From Planctomycetia bacterium (lineage in GTDB: Bacteria; Planctomycetota; UBA1135; UBA2386), in assembly GCA_005776475.1 (NCBI GenBank), contig SXPB01000094.1:1-59256 (forward strand): a stretch of 59,256 nucleotides of DNA, read 5' to 3'. The notes under the pieces were generated by a model that worked only from the letters and a program-made list of their open reading frames with translations, made no database searches and was not told the DNA's origin. Shown piece by piece: positions 29,901-39,215 of the stretch. The position numbers and the translations under genes are program-made. How positions within the stretch are numbered: the stretch's first letter is position 1; each line of letters opens with the position of its first letter.

Positions 29901-30208
29901 TCGAGCAGTCGCCTCAGCTTGCGTGCGTGTTCGAGATCGATCGTCGCCAACTCGCGGCGAGCGCGGGCTTCGTCGCCGTGGATCCAGCGCGCCGCGGCGA
30001 GATGCAGTCGGGCTTCCGGCGTGCTGGTGTCGAGCAACGCCTGGAACGAAACCGCATCGCCGAGCAGCAGTGCGCGGGCGGCGTGGAATTGCCACGTCGC
30101 CGGGTCGCCGTACATCGCCACACCGGCGTAGTCGGCCGCGGCGAACACTTCGCGCGTCCAGGCCCGCGAGTCTTCGCCGTTGCCGGGTTGCAGCCGCGCG
30201 GTCGTCAC
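26951..30208 (-). CDS. Multidomain glycosyltransferase (CgeB-like GT-B, helical region, degenerate GT2)
   Basis: SKASFTY..MPTRGLESLALGC (CgeB-like); C-terminal IAVLIP..EVVIA..HPMWRRSLHDRLGPFD..EYAFWL (GT2-like); GTG start overlaps the upstream stop. Confidence 0.65.
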   Translation of the reverse strand: MTTARLQPGNGEDSRAWTREVFAAADYAGVAMYGDPATWQFHAARALLLGDAVSFQALLDTSTPEARLHLAAARWIHGDEARARRELATIDLEHARKLRRLLDQPKIRVLAQLPWADGAMTDLGGGIRHDPRFEVRTIGHRTGDARNRPYASVESFLGDGFVPDFFTTAMVEWHHLPPNLQQLQCPLFGHLADHDLHIQTIRPWLDLFDELCVTDRSEWLDVQGLGKGLVSSFPKVFGLPNGIAPIPVGPRHLDFFVSGTMLDPYHPDKARLLHELLGMPGIDLRVVRGFAGTMAFHALLAASKASFTYVRRPGAMPTRGLESLALGCTIALQQECSLRLWVDERHGVTTYGNEPGDLAKAVRRLLDHHDEFGPAARIGAEVVRAEFAMPRVASQYFRFLTFRAAAPRPARQAVDASSWTQKRMCMSRSWVPDEPSVRRRTMQANFRHLSAQLKKKAKASTLVDMARELLCEFAYYDKIRQCEASERAMLTDAIGLLDKCIRLWPEHLAARFLLVRTLWHHGDAAQRMRALQLAFDTIEGDPARWQIGPHDDVMPFDFHEDCFDFRSYLDLVTHAEKGGAVATIEFARIVLAALAGYVARKTGKPALHELAVAWNPAFARFRLDLAKALLRRGGDTGRTRALGLLGELAEGSSEFATATRLLVNELGEAATRELVGDTSLRAALRMDVDTFDANLRANEVFAVERREAKSAATATPERERGISEAAAIAVLIPLAGNDGELTDLLAELENQNRAACCEVVIATSSALTRHPAAGGFAAVRWVSVPESTSWATRLSACAATSTAPLLTVAMPGDRFRPDAFALLADGLDRRPQAAVAFGTEGWTNGLVGRFEPVSCLGFTCPPPAAHLRLPTKNGIGSHPMWRRSLHDRLGPFDPTYGAAAEYAFWLAALATAEAVQLSTLLSTSPARAAWRHLRDPACDLAAVARARAELAPPSTALPFVAQRPLPCTLLAPGIVEEAQSHARLGILTPAQLLEAVNLDRFLGTALLYGDTSTAACLLRAAATQLPEMLSLRLALANLLDATGLPGSDDVLRAARSCEPYRTVLAQRMRDGSKLEPDSVPEAMQV

Positions 30209-31164
30209 TCGGCGCCTCGCGCGGTCGGACGCCAGACCACGACCGAATAGCCTTCGTGGAAGAAAGAACCCAGGCCGGTGCGCTGTTCGGCCAGGATCTC
30301 GATGCGGCCTGCCGCTGCGAGCGCGCGCAACTTCGGCAGGAAGCCGCGCAGATAGCCGCGCGCCCGGTGGTATCGCCTGGCGACGTCGTCGAACAACGAA
30401 GTCTCGTCGTACAGCTCGTAGATCGGCTCGAGATGCACACAGATCGCCGGGTTGCCGGCGAGCCAGTGCTCGAGCAGGGCGTCGTGGCGTTCGCCGAGTT
30501 GCTCCATCGCTGCCGACGTGAACACGCCGCAGCGCGGACCGAGCCCGAGCGGCGTGGGTGCGAACATGTCGAAGCGCATGGCTTCGATCGGCCGACGCAG
30601 GTGTGCCGACAGGCGAGTCAAGATCTGTTGCGAGGAAGGCGCCCAGTCGAGGCCGCACAACGCCAGGTGGCGATACTGCTGCGCCAGCAGCATCAGGCTC
30701 GTGCCGGTGCCGCAGCCGTACTCGACGACGCGGTCGAGACCGGCGAACCACTGTGCGAACAGTGCGTGGCGCAGGGCCGTGTAGACCGTGTATTCGAAAT
30801 GCGGATGCGCGACGCGCACGTAGTCGCCGCCGAGGCGCACCACGAGGTGGCGGTTGTACTTCGGCACCAACAGGGCGGGTTCGTCGCCGGCCTGTTCGAA
30901 CTCACGCAGGTTCTGGTTCCAGCCGCGCTCCCAATCGTCGGCACGGTGCGGACCGCTGACGGTGAGGTTGGTGGCTTCGCTGCCGCGCAGCGCGCGCAGC
31001 AGCTGCTCTTCGCGCGCCGCACCGTGGAGCACTTCGTGGCCGAGGTCCGTCGACGCCAGCGCCTGCAAGCTCGCCAGTGGCAGTTGCTCCTGCCGCACGC
31101 CGAGCATCGCGGCAAGTTGCCGCGCATCCACGATCCTGGTCTGGTCGGTAGCCGTTGCCGTCAT
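30205..31164 (-). CDS. Class I SAM-dependent methyltransferase
   Basis: VVEYGCGTG, GLDWA, FDMF and AMEQL. Confidence 0.8.
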   Translation of the reverse strand: MTATATDQTRIVDARQLAAMLGVRQEQLPLASLQALASTDLGHEVLHGAAREEQLLRALRGSEATNLTVSGPHRADDWERGWNQNLREFEQAGDEPALLVPKYNRHLVVRLGGDYVRVAHPHFEYTVYTALRHALFAQWFAGLDRVVEYGCGTGTSLMLLAQQYRHLALCGLDWAPSSQQILTRLSAHLRRPIEAMRFDMFAPTPLGLGPRCGVFTSAAMEQLGERHDALLEHWLAGNPAICVHLEPIYELYDETSLFDDVARRYHRARGYLRGFLPKLRALAAAGRIEILAEQRTGLGSFFHEGYSVVVWRPTARGAE

Positions 31165-31332
31165 TCCTTCACCTCTCGGCATCAGGCATCGTCGAGACGG
31201 GTTCCGGTTCTTGATAGGGGAGTGACCCTAGGCCTCTTGCCACCGGAGGAATGCGACCGTCGGCGCCCCGGTCGGGCTCAATTCGCGGCGGGGCGACGGT
31301 CGATGTGCGAGGCGATGGGGAGGATCGGTGAA

Positions 31333-32160
31333 ATGGCGAATGCCACCGCGGTGGCGTCGGCAGTGGCGGCTCCGGTACTGCACGTGAGTTTCGTGAAGTC
31401 GGGCAGCTACTTCCTGTGGCAGGCCTTCGACAGCCTGTTCCGGGCCGCTGGCCAGAAGCGCAGCTTTGTCCAATCGCACCCGATCCAACGCTTGCGCGGC
31501 AGTTGGCCGGACTTCTCGATCGACCAGTTCGACATCGACCAGATCCTGGTGCAGGACGAAGCCTGCTACTGGCAGGTCGAGATGCAGCATCTGGAGCCGA
31601 TCGGCGACCTCGACGCCTACCTCGCAGCGTGCAGCCATGTGTGGACGCACTCCTATCTGTGCGAACGCAGCTGGGAGGTCTATCCGTTGTTTCCGCGCGT
31701 GTGCTGCATCGTGCGCGATCCGCGCGATGCGCTGGTGTCGATGGCGCACTTCGTGCAGACGCCGTTCATGCGGCGATATCACCCGCACGCGGCGCGCTCG
31801 CCGGAGGAATACGTCGCCCTGGAACTCGACAAGTTCCTCGGCGACTGGGTGCGGCACGTCGGTGAGCACTGGCGCGCCCGACGCGCGCTCGACATCGAGA
31901 TCCTCTTCTACGAACGCATGGTCACGGACCTGCCCGCGCATTTGCGCAGGCTTGCCGACTGGGTGGGCCTTCGACTCGACGACGCGCAGCTGGCGACGGT
32001 GGCCGCGAGCCTTGGCCTCGACGCGATGCAGCAGAAGAACCCGCAACACGTGCGCAAGGGCGGCAGCGGCGGCTTTGGCAAGTTGCTGACCGAGATCCAG
32101 CAAGAGCGTGCGCTCGCCATCTGTGGGCCAGTGATGCGCGAAGTCGGCTACGAAGTTTGA
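31333..32160 (+). CDS. PAPS-dependent sulfotransferase
   Basis: 5'-PSB SFVKSGS; 3'-PB IVRDPRDALVS; FYERM; RKGGSGG. Confidence 0.9.
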   Translation: MANATAVASAVAAPVLHVSFVKSGSYFLWQAFDSLFRAAGQKRSFVQSHPIQRLRGSWPDFSIDQFDIDQILVQDEACYWQVEMQHLEPIGDLDAYLAACSHVWTHSYLCERSWEVYPLFPRVCCIVRDPRDALVSMAHFVQTPFMRRYHPHAARSPEEYVALELDKFLGDWVRHVGEHWRARRALDIEILFYERMVTDLPAHLRRLADWVGLRLDDAQLATVAASLGLDAMQQKNPQHVRKGGSGGFGKLLTEIQQERALAICGPVMREVGYEV

Positions 32161-32168
32161 GGCGAGCA

Positions 32169-33101
32169 ATGAACCCCGACTCTCCGATCGATCGCGGTCT
32201 GGTCACGCACCTGGACGCTGCCGACGTCCGTTCGTATCCGGGCTCCGGCATGCTCTGGCGCGACCTCAAGGGCAACCACGACGGGGAGCTGCCCGGCGAT
32301 CCGACCAACGAGCGCAGCGATCCGCACTGGAACGGCCGCGGCTTCCGCTTCAGCGGTCAGAACTTCATTCGCTTGCTCGGCAGCCAGAAGGGCTTCTTCA
32401 AGACGTTCTGCCGCGCCGGGGCGAAGTTCACGCTCGACTGCTGCTTCACCACAGGCGCCGACATCAGGAACCCGCACTTCCTGCTCGCCGACGCCGCGCA
32501 CGGCAATCCGCTCGGCGGCTCCGGCTTCGCGTTCTACTTCTTCAACTTCGAGAACCGGAACCTGCGCCTGTCGATCCAGAACCGCGGCAACACGCCGCTG
32601 ACGCGCGCGGTGCACTGCACGCATCCACTCGCCGTGCCGACCTCGCGCACGCAGCGCGCCGCCGTCGCAGTCGACGATGGGCAGGGGATCGGCCTGTGCG
32701 CGCTCGACGACGAGGTGTTCGCCTTCGACGGGCACTACGTGCAGCCGGCCGACAGCGATTCGCCCTACTACGTGCACATCGGCGCGCCCGGCAACATCGA
32801 ATACAACGCCGGCGCCCGCATCGAGCAGCACGTCAGCACGCTCGACTTGCGCATCGACGACTTCGAGCAGCGCATGCAGATCCCGTATGGACGCATGCGG
32901 TTCCATCCCGGCTTCGAGATGCACGCGATGCTGGTCTACGACCGCGCGCTGGCGCCGGACGAGCTGGAACACAACCGCCGCTACCTGGCGGCGCGCTTCT
33001 TCCCCGGCGGCTTGCGCGACAAGGTGCTGCCGCGACCCGAACGTGATTCCTACGGCAACCTCGTGCGTCGCCCGGACGTCGCCGAACCCGTCACCCGCTG
33101 A
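32169..33101 (+). CDS. LamG/concanavalin-A-like domain protein
   Basis: N-terminal GLVTHLDAADVRSYPGSGMLWRDLKGN and C-terminal LVYDRALAPDEL..N. Confidence 0.65.
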   Translation: MNPDSPIDRGLVTHLDAADVRSYPGSGMLWRDLKGNHDGELPGDPTNERSDPHWNGRGFRFSGQNFIRLLGSQKGFFKTFCRAGAKFTLDCCFTTGADIRNPHFLLADAAHGNPLGGSGFAFYFFNFENRNLRLSIQNRGNTPLTRAVHCTHPLAVPTSRTQRAAVAVDDGQGIGLCALDDEVFAFDGHYVQPADSDSPYYVHIGAPGNIEYNAGARIEQHVSTLDLRIDDFEQRMQIPYGRMRFHPGFEMHAMLVYDRALAPDELEHNRRYLAARFFPGGLRDKVLPRPERDSYGNLVRRPDVAEPVTR

Positions 33102-33105
33102 TCCG

Positions 33106-34299
33106 ATGCCGCCCACCATCGCCCCCGACTTCTTCGGCCCACGCGACAACTTCAAGCTGTCGACGACCGACTGGGATCGCATCTGCGGCCTGTGCGACTC
33201 GGTCGCCGGGATCCGCGATCGGCGCGCTGCGCATCTCGCCGCGCACGGGCTCGACGAGAAGGTGCATCTGCCGGCGCATCTGTGGGGCCAGGGCTTCTGT
33301 CCTTCGAACTTCCGCAAGGTTGCGCGCAAGGACCGCCACACGATCGAGCACCTGCGCTGCCTCACCTACAACTTCACCGGCTACAGCATGCTGACGATGG
33401 CCGGGTGTGAGAACACACCGGAGGTGCTCGAAGTCCCCGCCGACGCGGATGCGATCATCCGCTCGGTCGCGAAGCGCGCGAGCCAGGCCGCGGTCGAGTA
33501 CGTGCGGTGTTCGCAGGGCATGCCGCCGGACCGGCTGGCGTGCACGCCGCGTCTGTTCGGTGAGAGCGGCTGGGACGTCGATGGCGCGATCGTCAACTTC
33601 GACACGTGGTCGCTGCAGCAGCGCCTGAACGGCCTGCACCACTCGGGCGTGCTCGATTTCCTGCAGCAACGGGTGCGAGAACGCGGATACGCGCGCATCG
33701 TCGAGATCGGGGCCGGCTTCGGCAATCTGGCGCATGCGTTGCGGCAGGCAGTGGGGCCGGTCGACTACACGATCGTCGATCTGCCGGAGTCGCTCGTCTA
33801 CTCGACGATCTGGTTGTCGACGGTGGCGGCGACCGAGCGTTGCACGCTGATGGACACGGGACAGCCATTGCCGGCGAACACGCCCGGCTTCACGTTCGTG
33901 CCGAACCATCTGATCGACGAGTTCCTGCCGCAACTCGGCGAAGTCGACCTGGTCGTCAACATGCTGTCGCTATCGGAGATGTCGGCGCTGCAGGTCGCGC
34001 ACTACGCGCGCGTCGTTGCGCAGCTGCTCGGGGCCGGCGGGGTGTTCTACGAACAGAACTACGTGGTGCCCGGGGTGCACACGGACATCGCCGCGCTGCT
34101 CGCCGGCGTGTTCGGGTACGGCGCGCGATTGGCAGAGACGCGCAATCCGCACCAGGGGCGCGGCCAGGTGCGCATGTGGGCGAATGCGTACCGCGGCGAA
34201 TTGTGGAACCGTGGCGGGGTGACGCCGATCACTGCGGCACGCGAAGCGACGATGTTGCTGGCGCGGCCGACGCCGACCCCGGTGTTCGCCGGGTCTTGA
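33106..34299 (+). CDS. Putative sugar O-methyltransferase
   Basis: IVEIGAGFGNLA, YTIVDLPESL and DLVVNMLSLSEM. Confidence 0.8.
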   Translation: MPPTIAPDFFGPRDNFKLSTTDWDRICGLCDSVAGIRDRRAAHLAAHGLDEKVHLPAHLWGQGFCPSNFRKVARKDRHTIEHLRCLTYNFTGYSMLTMAGCENTPEVLEVPADADAIIRSVAKRASQAAVEYVRCSQGMPPDRLACTPRLFGESGWDVDGAIVNFDTWSLQQRLNGLHHSGVLDFLQQRVRERGYARIVEIGAGFGNLAHALRQAVGPVDYTIVDLPESLVYSTIWLSTVAATERCTLMDTGQPLPANTPGFTFVPNHLIDEFLPQLGEVDLVVNMLSLSEMSALQVAHYARVVAQLLGAGGVFYEQNYVVPGVHTDIAALLAGVFGYGARLAETRNPHQGRGQVRMWANAYRGELWNRGGVTPITAAREATMLLARPTPTPVFAGS

Positions 34300-34335
34300 G
34301 GTCGAAGCAGCCTCGCCTCCACCCGGTGGTGCCGG

Positions 34336-36753
34336 CTACCAGATTTTGCGCGTCACCTTCAATTCGGGGCGCAGCCGCTGCAGTTCGGCGGCCGTGGCGT
34401 CGGTGAGGCAAGCAGCCCGGGTCGCGTCGAGTTCGCGCAGGTTGTGGGCGTCGCGAATCGTGGCGAACGAGGCGGCGGTGAGCGCACTGCAGTCGCGGAT
34501 GTCGAGGCGCTGCAGCGACGGATTCTGCAGGATCGCGGCCAGGGCCGCGTCGGTGATGTGCTTGTTGCCTCCGAGTTGGAGCCAGCGCAGCTTCGGGAAG
34601 CGATCGCGCAGCAGCGTGCCGGCGTCGGCGCCGATGCCGGGGCATTCGTCGAGGTCCAGCGACTCGAGGGTCGTCGGCAGCAGCAGCAGTGCCGAGGTCA
34701 CGAGGTTCGGGTTGCCCGAGAGTTGCAGCACCTTCATGCCGCGCATGTCGGCGAGCGCCTGCATGCCCATCGAGGAGAAGGTGCCTGCCCCCAGGCGGAG
34801 TTCGCGCAGCTTCGTCAACTTCTGCAGGCCCATCAGCGCCGAGTCGGACAGCTTGGGCAGGTTGCTCAGGTTCAGGGTCTCGAGGTCGGTGAGCGTGCCG
34901 AGTTGCGCGATCGCTTCTCCCGTCAGCTGATCGCAGCCGGTCAGGTCGAGAGTCTGCAGCCGAATGCACGAGCCGATCGCCTTGGCACCGTCCAAGCCGA
35001 ACGTCCGCACCCCCACCAACGACAGGCTGCGCAAGGCATGCAACCCGGTGATCGTGCGCAGCGCGGGTTCGTTGACGTTGCAGCCGATGATGTCGAGGGT
35101 GTGCAGCGACGGCGCGTTGCCCAGGGCGAGGAGCGCGTCGCTTTCCAAGCGCGGCAGGTTGTTCAGTTCGAGCTGTTCGAGCTTCGGCAATGCCGCCATC
35201 GCCTGCAGGCCTGCTGTGGTGAACGGGTCTTCGTCGTCGCGCACAACCTCGACGTGACGCAAGTTTGCGAAGCGACCCAGCAATGCTGCGGCCCGGTTGC
35301 CGAGGCCGCGCAGCGCGATCCGCGTCGTGCTCTTCGGCAGCGCCTTGATCTCCCCGACGGTGCGAACGAGGTTGGGATCGTCGCCCTGGAACAGGTGTTG
35401 GTACTCCTGCCGGACCTGCTGCATCGCTTGCTGGTACTCGGGGTCGTTCTTCCGGACGAACGTCACGTCCTTGCCGGTCGCCATCAGCCGTCGCACCTGT
35501 ACCAGCGACGGCCAGTAATTGCCGCTGAGATCGACGGACACCAGGTGCCGGGCAGCTTCGAGCTTGGGCAACACGGCGGCCGTGACCTGGTGGCACCCGC
35601 CGATCATCAACACCCGCAACGTGGGCATGCCCAGCAGATCGCCAATCGTCTCGTCGCTGACCAGCGCACAATGTTCCAATTGGACGCGCTGCAACGCCGG
35701 GCAGTTGTCGCGCAGGAAGGCGCCTACGGAGGAGCCCAGGTCGTTGGCATGGTCGACGCGCAGCTCGCGCAAATTCGGCCACGCCGAGAGCAGCTCCTCG
35801 GTGACTCCGTTGCCCGTGCGCGGCGTCTGGAACCGCATGCCCAACCCGAAGCGGCGGGCGACGTCTTCATCGGCAACGCCACGCGCCCAGAGGCCAACGC
35901 CCTCCAGGCACAGGAAATCGAGCAACCTCAGCTTGCGGAGCGGCTCCATCCTGGCGCCCTTGTTGCCACCACCGGCGCGCACGGTCAGTCGGCGCAGTCC
36001 GACGCATTCGCCGACAGCCTCCCATCCACGTGCCGCGAACGCGTCGTTGTGCGAGATCGTCAGATCGCGCAGCGACGGCATTCGTGCCAGGAACGCCAGT
36101 TCGTCGTCGACCACATCGAAGAACCCGAGCGTCAAGGTGTCCAGCAGCGGCAGCGCGGTGAGTTCCTGCAGGCCAGGCCCTTTCACGAGGACCACGCCGT
36201 GCAATTCGAGCTCCCTGAGCTTCGTCAGCTTCGCAATGTGTGGCAGTGCGGCATCGGTGATCGACTGCGCAGGATCATCACCGGCCCGCTTGTAGGCCGT
36301 GCTCGCGAACACCCGCAGGTGCTCGAGGTCCGGACAGCGCGCGACGAGTGCCGCGACGGCGGCGTCTTCGAGATTGCGCAGCTCCACGGCCTTGAGATCG
36401 CGCGGCAACGTGGCGATGTCGCCGATCTTCGCCACTTCGCGCAGCTGTGCCACGACCGGTTGCTGCGCTTCCTCCCATCCGCCGTCGTCGCTGTTCCCGG
36501 CGCCATCCGCGCGGCCGCTCTGCGACCACGCCACCGCGAACACGGTCAGGATGCCGAGCAAGAACACGCCTGCCGCTGCGAGCCGCCTCGTCGTCGAACG
36601 CGCCGTCGCCGGGGCCACGTCGTCGACGAACTCGCCGGCTGCCGCCCGCGCCAGCACCGCCGCCGTCACGTCGGGAACACGCTCGCCGCGTTCCTCGCGC
36701 AGTGCCGCCGCCATTCGCCGTTCGAACACTTCGTCGTCACGCTCGTCGTTCAC
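34336..36753 (-). CDS. Putative anti-sigma factor with extracytoplasmic Cys-containing LRR array
   Basis: Short cytoplasmic N-terminus and one TM, then many L..L..L.L..C..(I/V)TD repeats. GTG start overlaps the ECF sigma stop. Confidence 0.8.
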   Translation of the reverse strand: MNDERDDEVFERRMAAALREERGERVPDVTAAVLARAAAGEFVDDVAPATARSTTRRLAAAGVFLLGILTVFAVAWSQSGRADGAGNSDDGGWEEAQQPVVAQLREVAKIGDIATLPRDLKAVELRNLEDAAVAALVARCPDLEHLRVFASTAYKRAGDDPAQSITDAALPHIAKLTKLRELELHGVVLVKGPGLQELTALPLLDTLTLGFFDVVDDELAFLARMPSLRDLTISHNDAFAARGWEAVGECVGLRRLTVRAGGGNKGARMEPLRKLRLLDFLCLEGVGLWARGVADEDVARRFGLGMRFQTPRTGNGVTEELLSAWPNLRELRVDHANDLGSSVGAFLRDNCPALQRVQLEHCALVSDETIGDLLGMPTLRVLMIGGCHQVTAAVLPKLEAARHLVSVDLSGNYWPSLVQVRRLMATGKDVTFVRKNDPEYQQAMQQVRQEYQHLFQGDDPNLVRTVGEIKALPKSTTRIALRGLGNRAAALLGRFANLRHVEVVRDDEDPFTTAGLQAMAALPKLEQLELNNLPRLESDALLALGNAPSLHTLDIIGCNVNEPALRTITGLHALRSLSLVGVRTFGLDGAKAIGSCIRLQTLDLTGCDQLTGEAIAQLGTLTDLETLNLSNLPKLSDSALMGLQKLTKLRELRLGAGTFSSMGMQALADMRGMKVLQLSGNPNLVTSALLLLPTTLESLDLDECPGIGADAGTLLRDRFPKLRWLQLGGNKHITDAALAAILQNPSLQRLDIRDCSALTAASFATIRDAHNLRELDATRAACLTDATAAELQRLRPELKVTRKIW

Positions 36754-37259
36754 GCATCACCTCGCAGTCGCCGTTCGATGCACTCGCGCAGCAACGCCCG
36801 AACGCGCTGCAGCAGCGTCTTCACGCCCGTTTCCTTCATGCCGAGCCGCGCCGCGACGTCTTCGCGCGCCAGCCCGTCGCCGTAGAACCGTTCCACCGCC
36901 TCGCGCGCGCGCCCGTCGAGTTCGCCAACGCACGCGCGCAGCGCGTCGCGCCACCGTTCCCCGTCGTCGGCGCCACAATCGCGCACCCACGCCGAGTCGG
37001 CATGTTCGAGCAGCAGCTGTTCCCGCCGGCCCGCGTCGCGTCGCCGCCGCAGCCACAGATGCTTGCAGGTCTGCCGCAAGAACGTCGCCACCGCGGCATC
37101 GCCGCGGTCTTCGCCGAGCTTGCGCATCGCCACCAGGAAGGTGTCCTGCAGCAGGTCCTCGGCCTCGGCGGCCGGCACGCCGAGCGCGCGCGCGTAACGC
37201 CACAGCCCGAGTTGGTGCCGTCGCACGAGGGCGCCGAGGTCGAACGCGGGCGGGTTCAT
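36750..37259 (-). CDS. ECF RNA polymerase sigma factor
   Basis: Region 2 (LWRYA..AEDLLQDTFL); region 4 (EDVAARLGM...VKTLLQRVR). Confidence 0.9.
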   Translation of the reverse strand: MNPPAFDLGALVRRHQLGLWRYARALGVPAAEAEDLLQDTFLVAMRKLGEDRGDAAVATFLRQTCKHLWLRRRRDAGRREQLLLEHADSAWVRDCGADDGERWRDALRACVGELDGRAREAVERFYGDGLAREDVAARLGMKETGVKTLLQRVRALLRECIERRLRGDA

Positions 37260-37390
37260 GCGCTTGGCAAAAGGTGGCGTGGCGACGGGCGGCACGTGCC
37301 GTTCATCCCGTGCGGCGGCGCAGGGTATTCGACGGACTCGGGAATCTCCCCAGGTGCACGAAGAGAACCCCAGGGCACACTGCCCCCTGC

Positions 37391-38617
37391 ATGACCTTCC
37401 CGATGCTCGCCTGCCTTGCCGTAGCCATCGCTGCCGTGCCGCAGGAACCAGCGCCGCTGCTGCACAAGCTGCTGTCTCCCACCGCGGCGGTGCACGAGGC
37501 GGCGGCGCGCGAACTCGAGACCCTTGGCCCGAAGGCGCTGCCGGTGCTGCGCGCCGAACGCGACGCGCAAAAGGACCCGGAGCATCGCGCGCGCATCGAG
37601 CACGTGCTCGGCGGCATCGAGCTCGCGCATCCGGGCGGACTCCTGGTTGCGTTCACGCGTGGCGACGAGAAGGCAAGCGAGCTTTGGGTGTGGCGCGATG
37701 GCGAGGAGACGGTGCTGACCGCCGATCGCTCGATGGACTACTCGTTGGCGCTGTCGCCGGACGGCGCGCACCTGGCGTTCGTGCGCACTCCCGACCACCA
37801 CGATTTCGGTGCGCATCCGACGATCGTGCGCGAACTCGCCACCGGCAGCGAACGCGAACTCGCGCGCGGTCATGCGCCGGCGTGGTCACCCGACGGAGCG
37901 TGGCTCGCGGTCGCGACCGACGGCGGCATCGTCCTGCAACCGTTCGGTGCCGACGCGAAGGAACGCAAGGAACGTGCGATCGGGCAGAACCTCGGCAAGG
38001 TCTATCGTTCGGCGTGGTCGCCGAACGGTCGGTTCCTCGCCTGCGAATCCGACGACACGGTCGTCGTCCTGGATGCGAGCACCGGCGGCGTGCATGCGCG
38101 CATCGACGGCTCTCCGGGTGCAACGCGGTCGCTCTACAGCTTCTCGATGGGCAACAGCCTCGTCTCGATGGTCTGCGGTAACGGGCCGTACCACTGGTGG
38201 GTCTACCTGGCGCCGATTGGCGGTGGCGAACCGCGCCTGCTGCAAGAGAAGCCGTTCCGGCACGGCATCACCGCGTTGTCGCCGCGCGAGGACGTCGTGT
38301 TCTGCACGCAGAGCAAGGGCGAGGAGTACGCGTCGTACGTGCTCGACGTTGCCGACGGTGCGTCGCGCGAGGTGTTCGGCAACGCGAGTCCGCTGTTGCG
38401 ACCGACGTGGTCCGACGATGGCCGCTTCGTCGTGTTCGTCGATGGCGGTGACATGATCCAGCTGCTGCACGCGCGGTCGGGCCGCACGCGCGCGTTGGCG
38501 AAGATGCAGGAAGGCTACGGTCCGAACGGCATGGCGTTCGCGCCGGCGGCGTGGTTCGCCAACGGACGGCCGCTGCCGACGGTGCGCGGCGTTGCCGCAG
38601 TTCCGGCCGCGAAGTGA
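37391..38617 (+). CDS. Exported TolB/PD40-like beta-propeller protein
   Basis: Signal peptide, HEAT-like start, then LSPDG, WSPDG, WSPNG and WSDDG repeats. Confidence 0.8.
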   Translation: MTFPMLACLAVAIAAVPQEPAPLLHKLLSPTAAVHEAAARELETLGPKALPVLRAERDAQKDPEHRARIEHVLGGIELAHPGGLLVAFTRGDEKASELWVWRDGEETVLTADRSMDYSLALSPDGAHLAFVRTPDHHDFGAHPTIVRELATGSERELARGHAPAWSPDGAWLAVATDGGIVLQPFGADAKERKERAIGQNLGKVYRSAWSPNGRFLACESDDTVVVLDASTGGVHARIDGSPGATRSLYSFSMGNSLVSMVCGNGPYHWWVYLAPIGGGEPRLLQEKPFRHGITALSPREDVVFCTQSKGEEYASYVLDVADGASREVFGNASPLLRPTWSDDGRFVVFVDGGDMIQLLHARSGRTRALAKMQEGYGPNGMAFAPAAWFANGRPLPTVRGVAAVPAAK

Positions 38618-38633
38618 ACGCGCGTCAACGGCG

Positions 38634-39116
38634 TCACTGCCACCGCATGCCGTCGATGAACTCGAGCGGGCCTCCGCACGCATGCGAATGGCAGTTCACG
38701 CAGCCATCGATGATCGAGTTGAACGTCGCCTTCTTCGGCTCCGCGTCGAACGCGCGCACCGCGGCGAGGTAGCCCTGCGCCAGCGTGTCGAAGCGTTCGT
38801 GGCGCTCCTCGGGTTTGGTCGGCCACGCGCAGCGCATCTTGCGATGGGTTGCGAACATCGCCGGCACCTTCTCGCCTGCTTCGGCGAGCGTGCGCGCGTT
38901 GCGCAGGTCGTCGACGAACACGCGCATCAGCGCCGACAGTTCGCTGTCGCCGTTGGGGTTGCGGGACGACTTGATCAGGTTGCCCGGACTGCCCGGAACG
39001 CCGGGCACGAGCGGCGTCGACAGGTTGCAGTCGGCGTCTTCGGCAACGGTCTGGATCGCGGCAGGACTCGAGCACGCCGTGAACAGGAACAGGAACGACA
39101 GCAGAAGCAGGCGCAT
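38634..39116 (-). CDS. c-type cytochrome lipoprotein (cytochrome c'-like)
   Basis: Lipobox FTAC; NPNGDSELSALMR; CVNCH near the C-terminus. Confidence 0.75.
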   Translation of the reverse strand: MRLLLLSFLFLFTACSSPAAIQTVAEDADCNLSTPLVPGVPGSPGNLIKSSRNPNGDSELSALMRVFVDDLRNARTLAEAGEKVPAMFATHRKMRCAWPTKPEERHERFDTLAQGYLAAVRAFDAEPKKATFNSIIDGCVNCHSHACGGPLEFIDGMRWQ

Positions 39117-39215
39117 GGGCGAATAGCGTGGAAGGCGCCGGATGGTCGGCGGCGACGCGACGACGCGCAATAGGCACGCTTCGGTGGTGCGCGGAATGGC
39201 GCGTAGCATGCGCGC

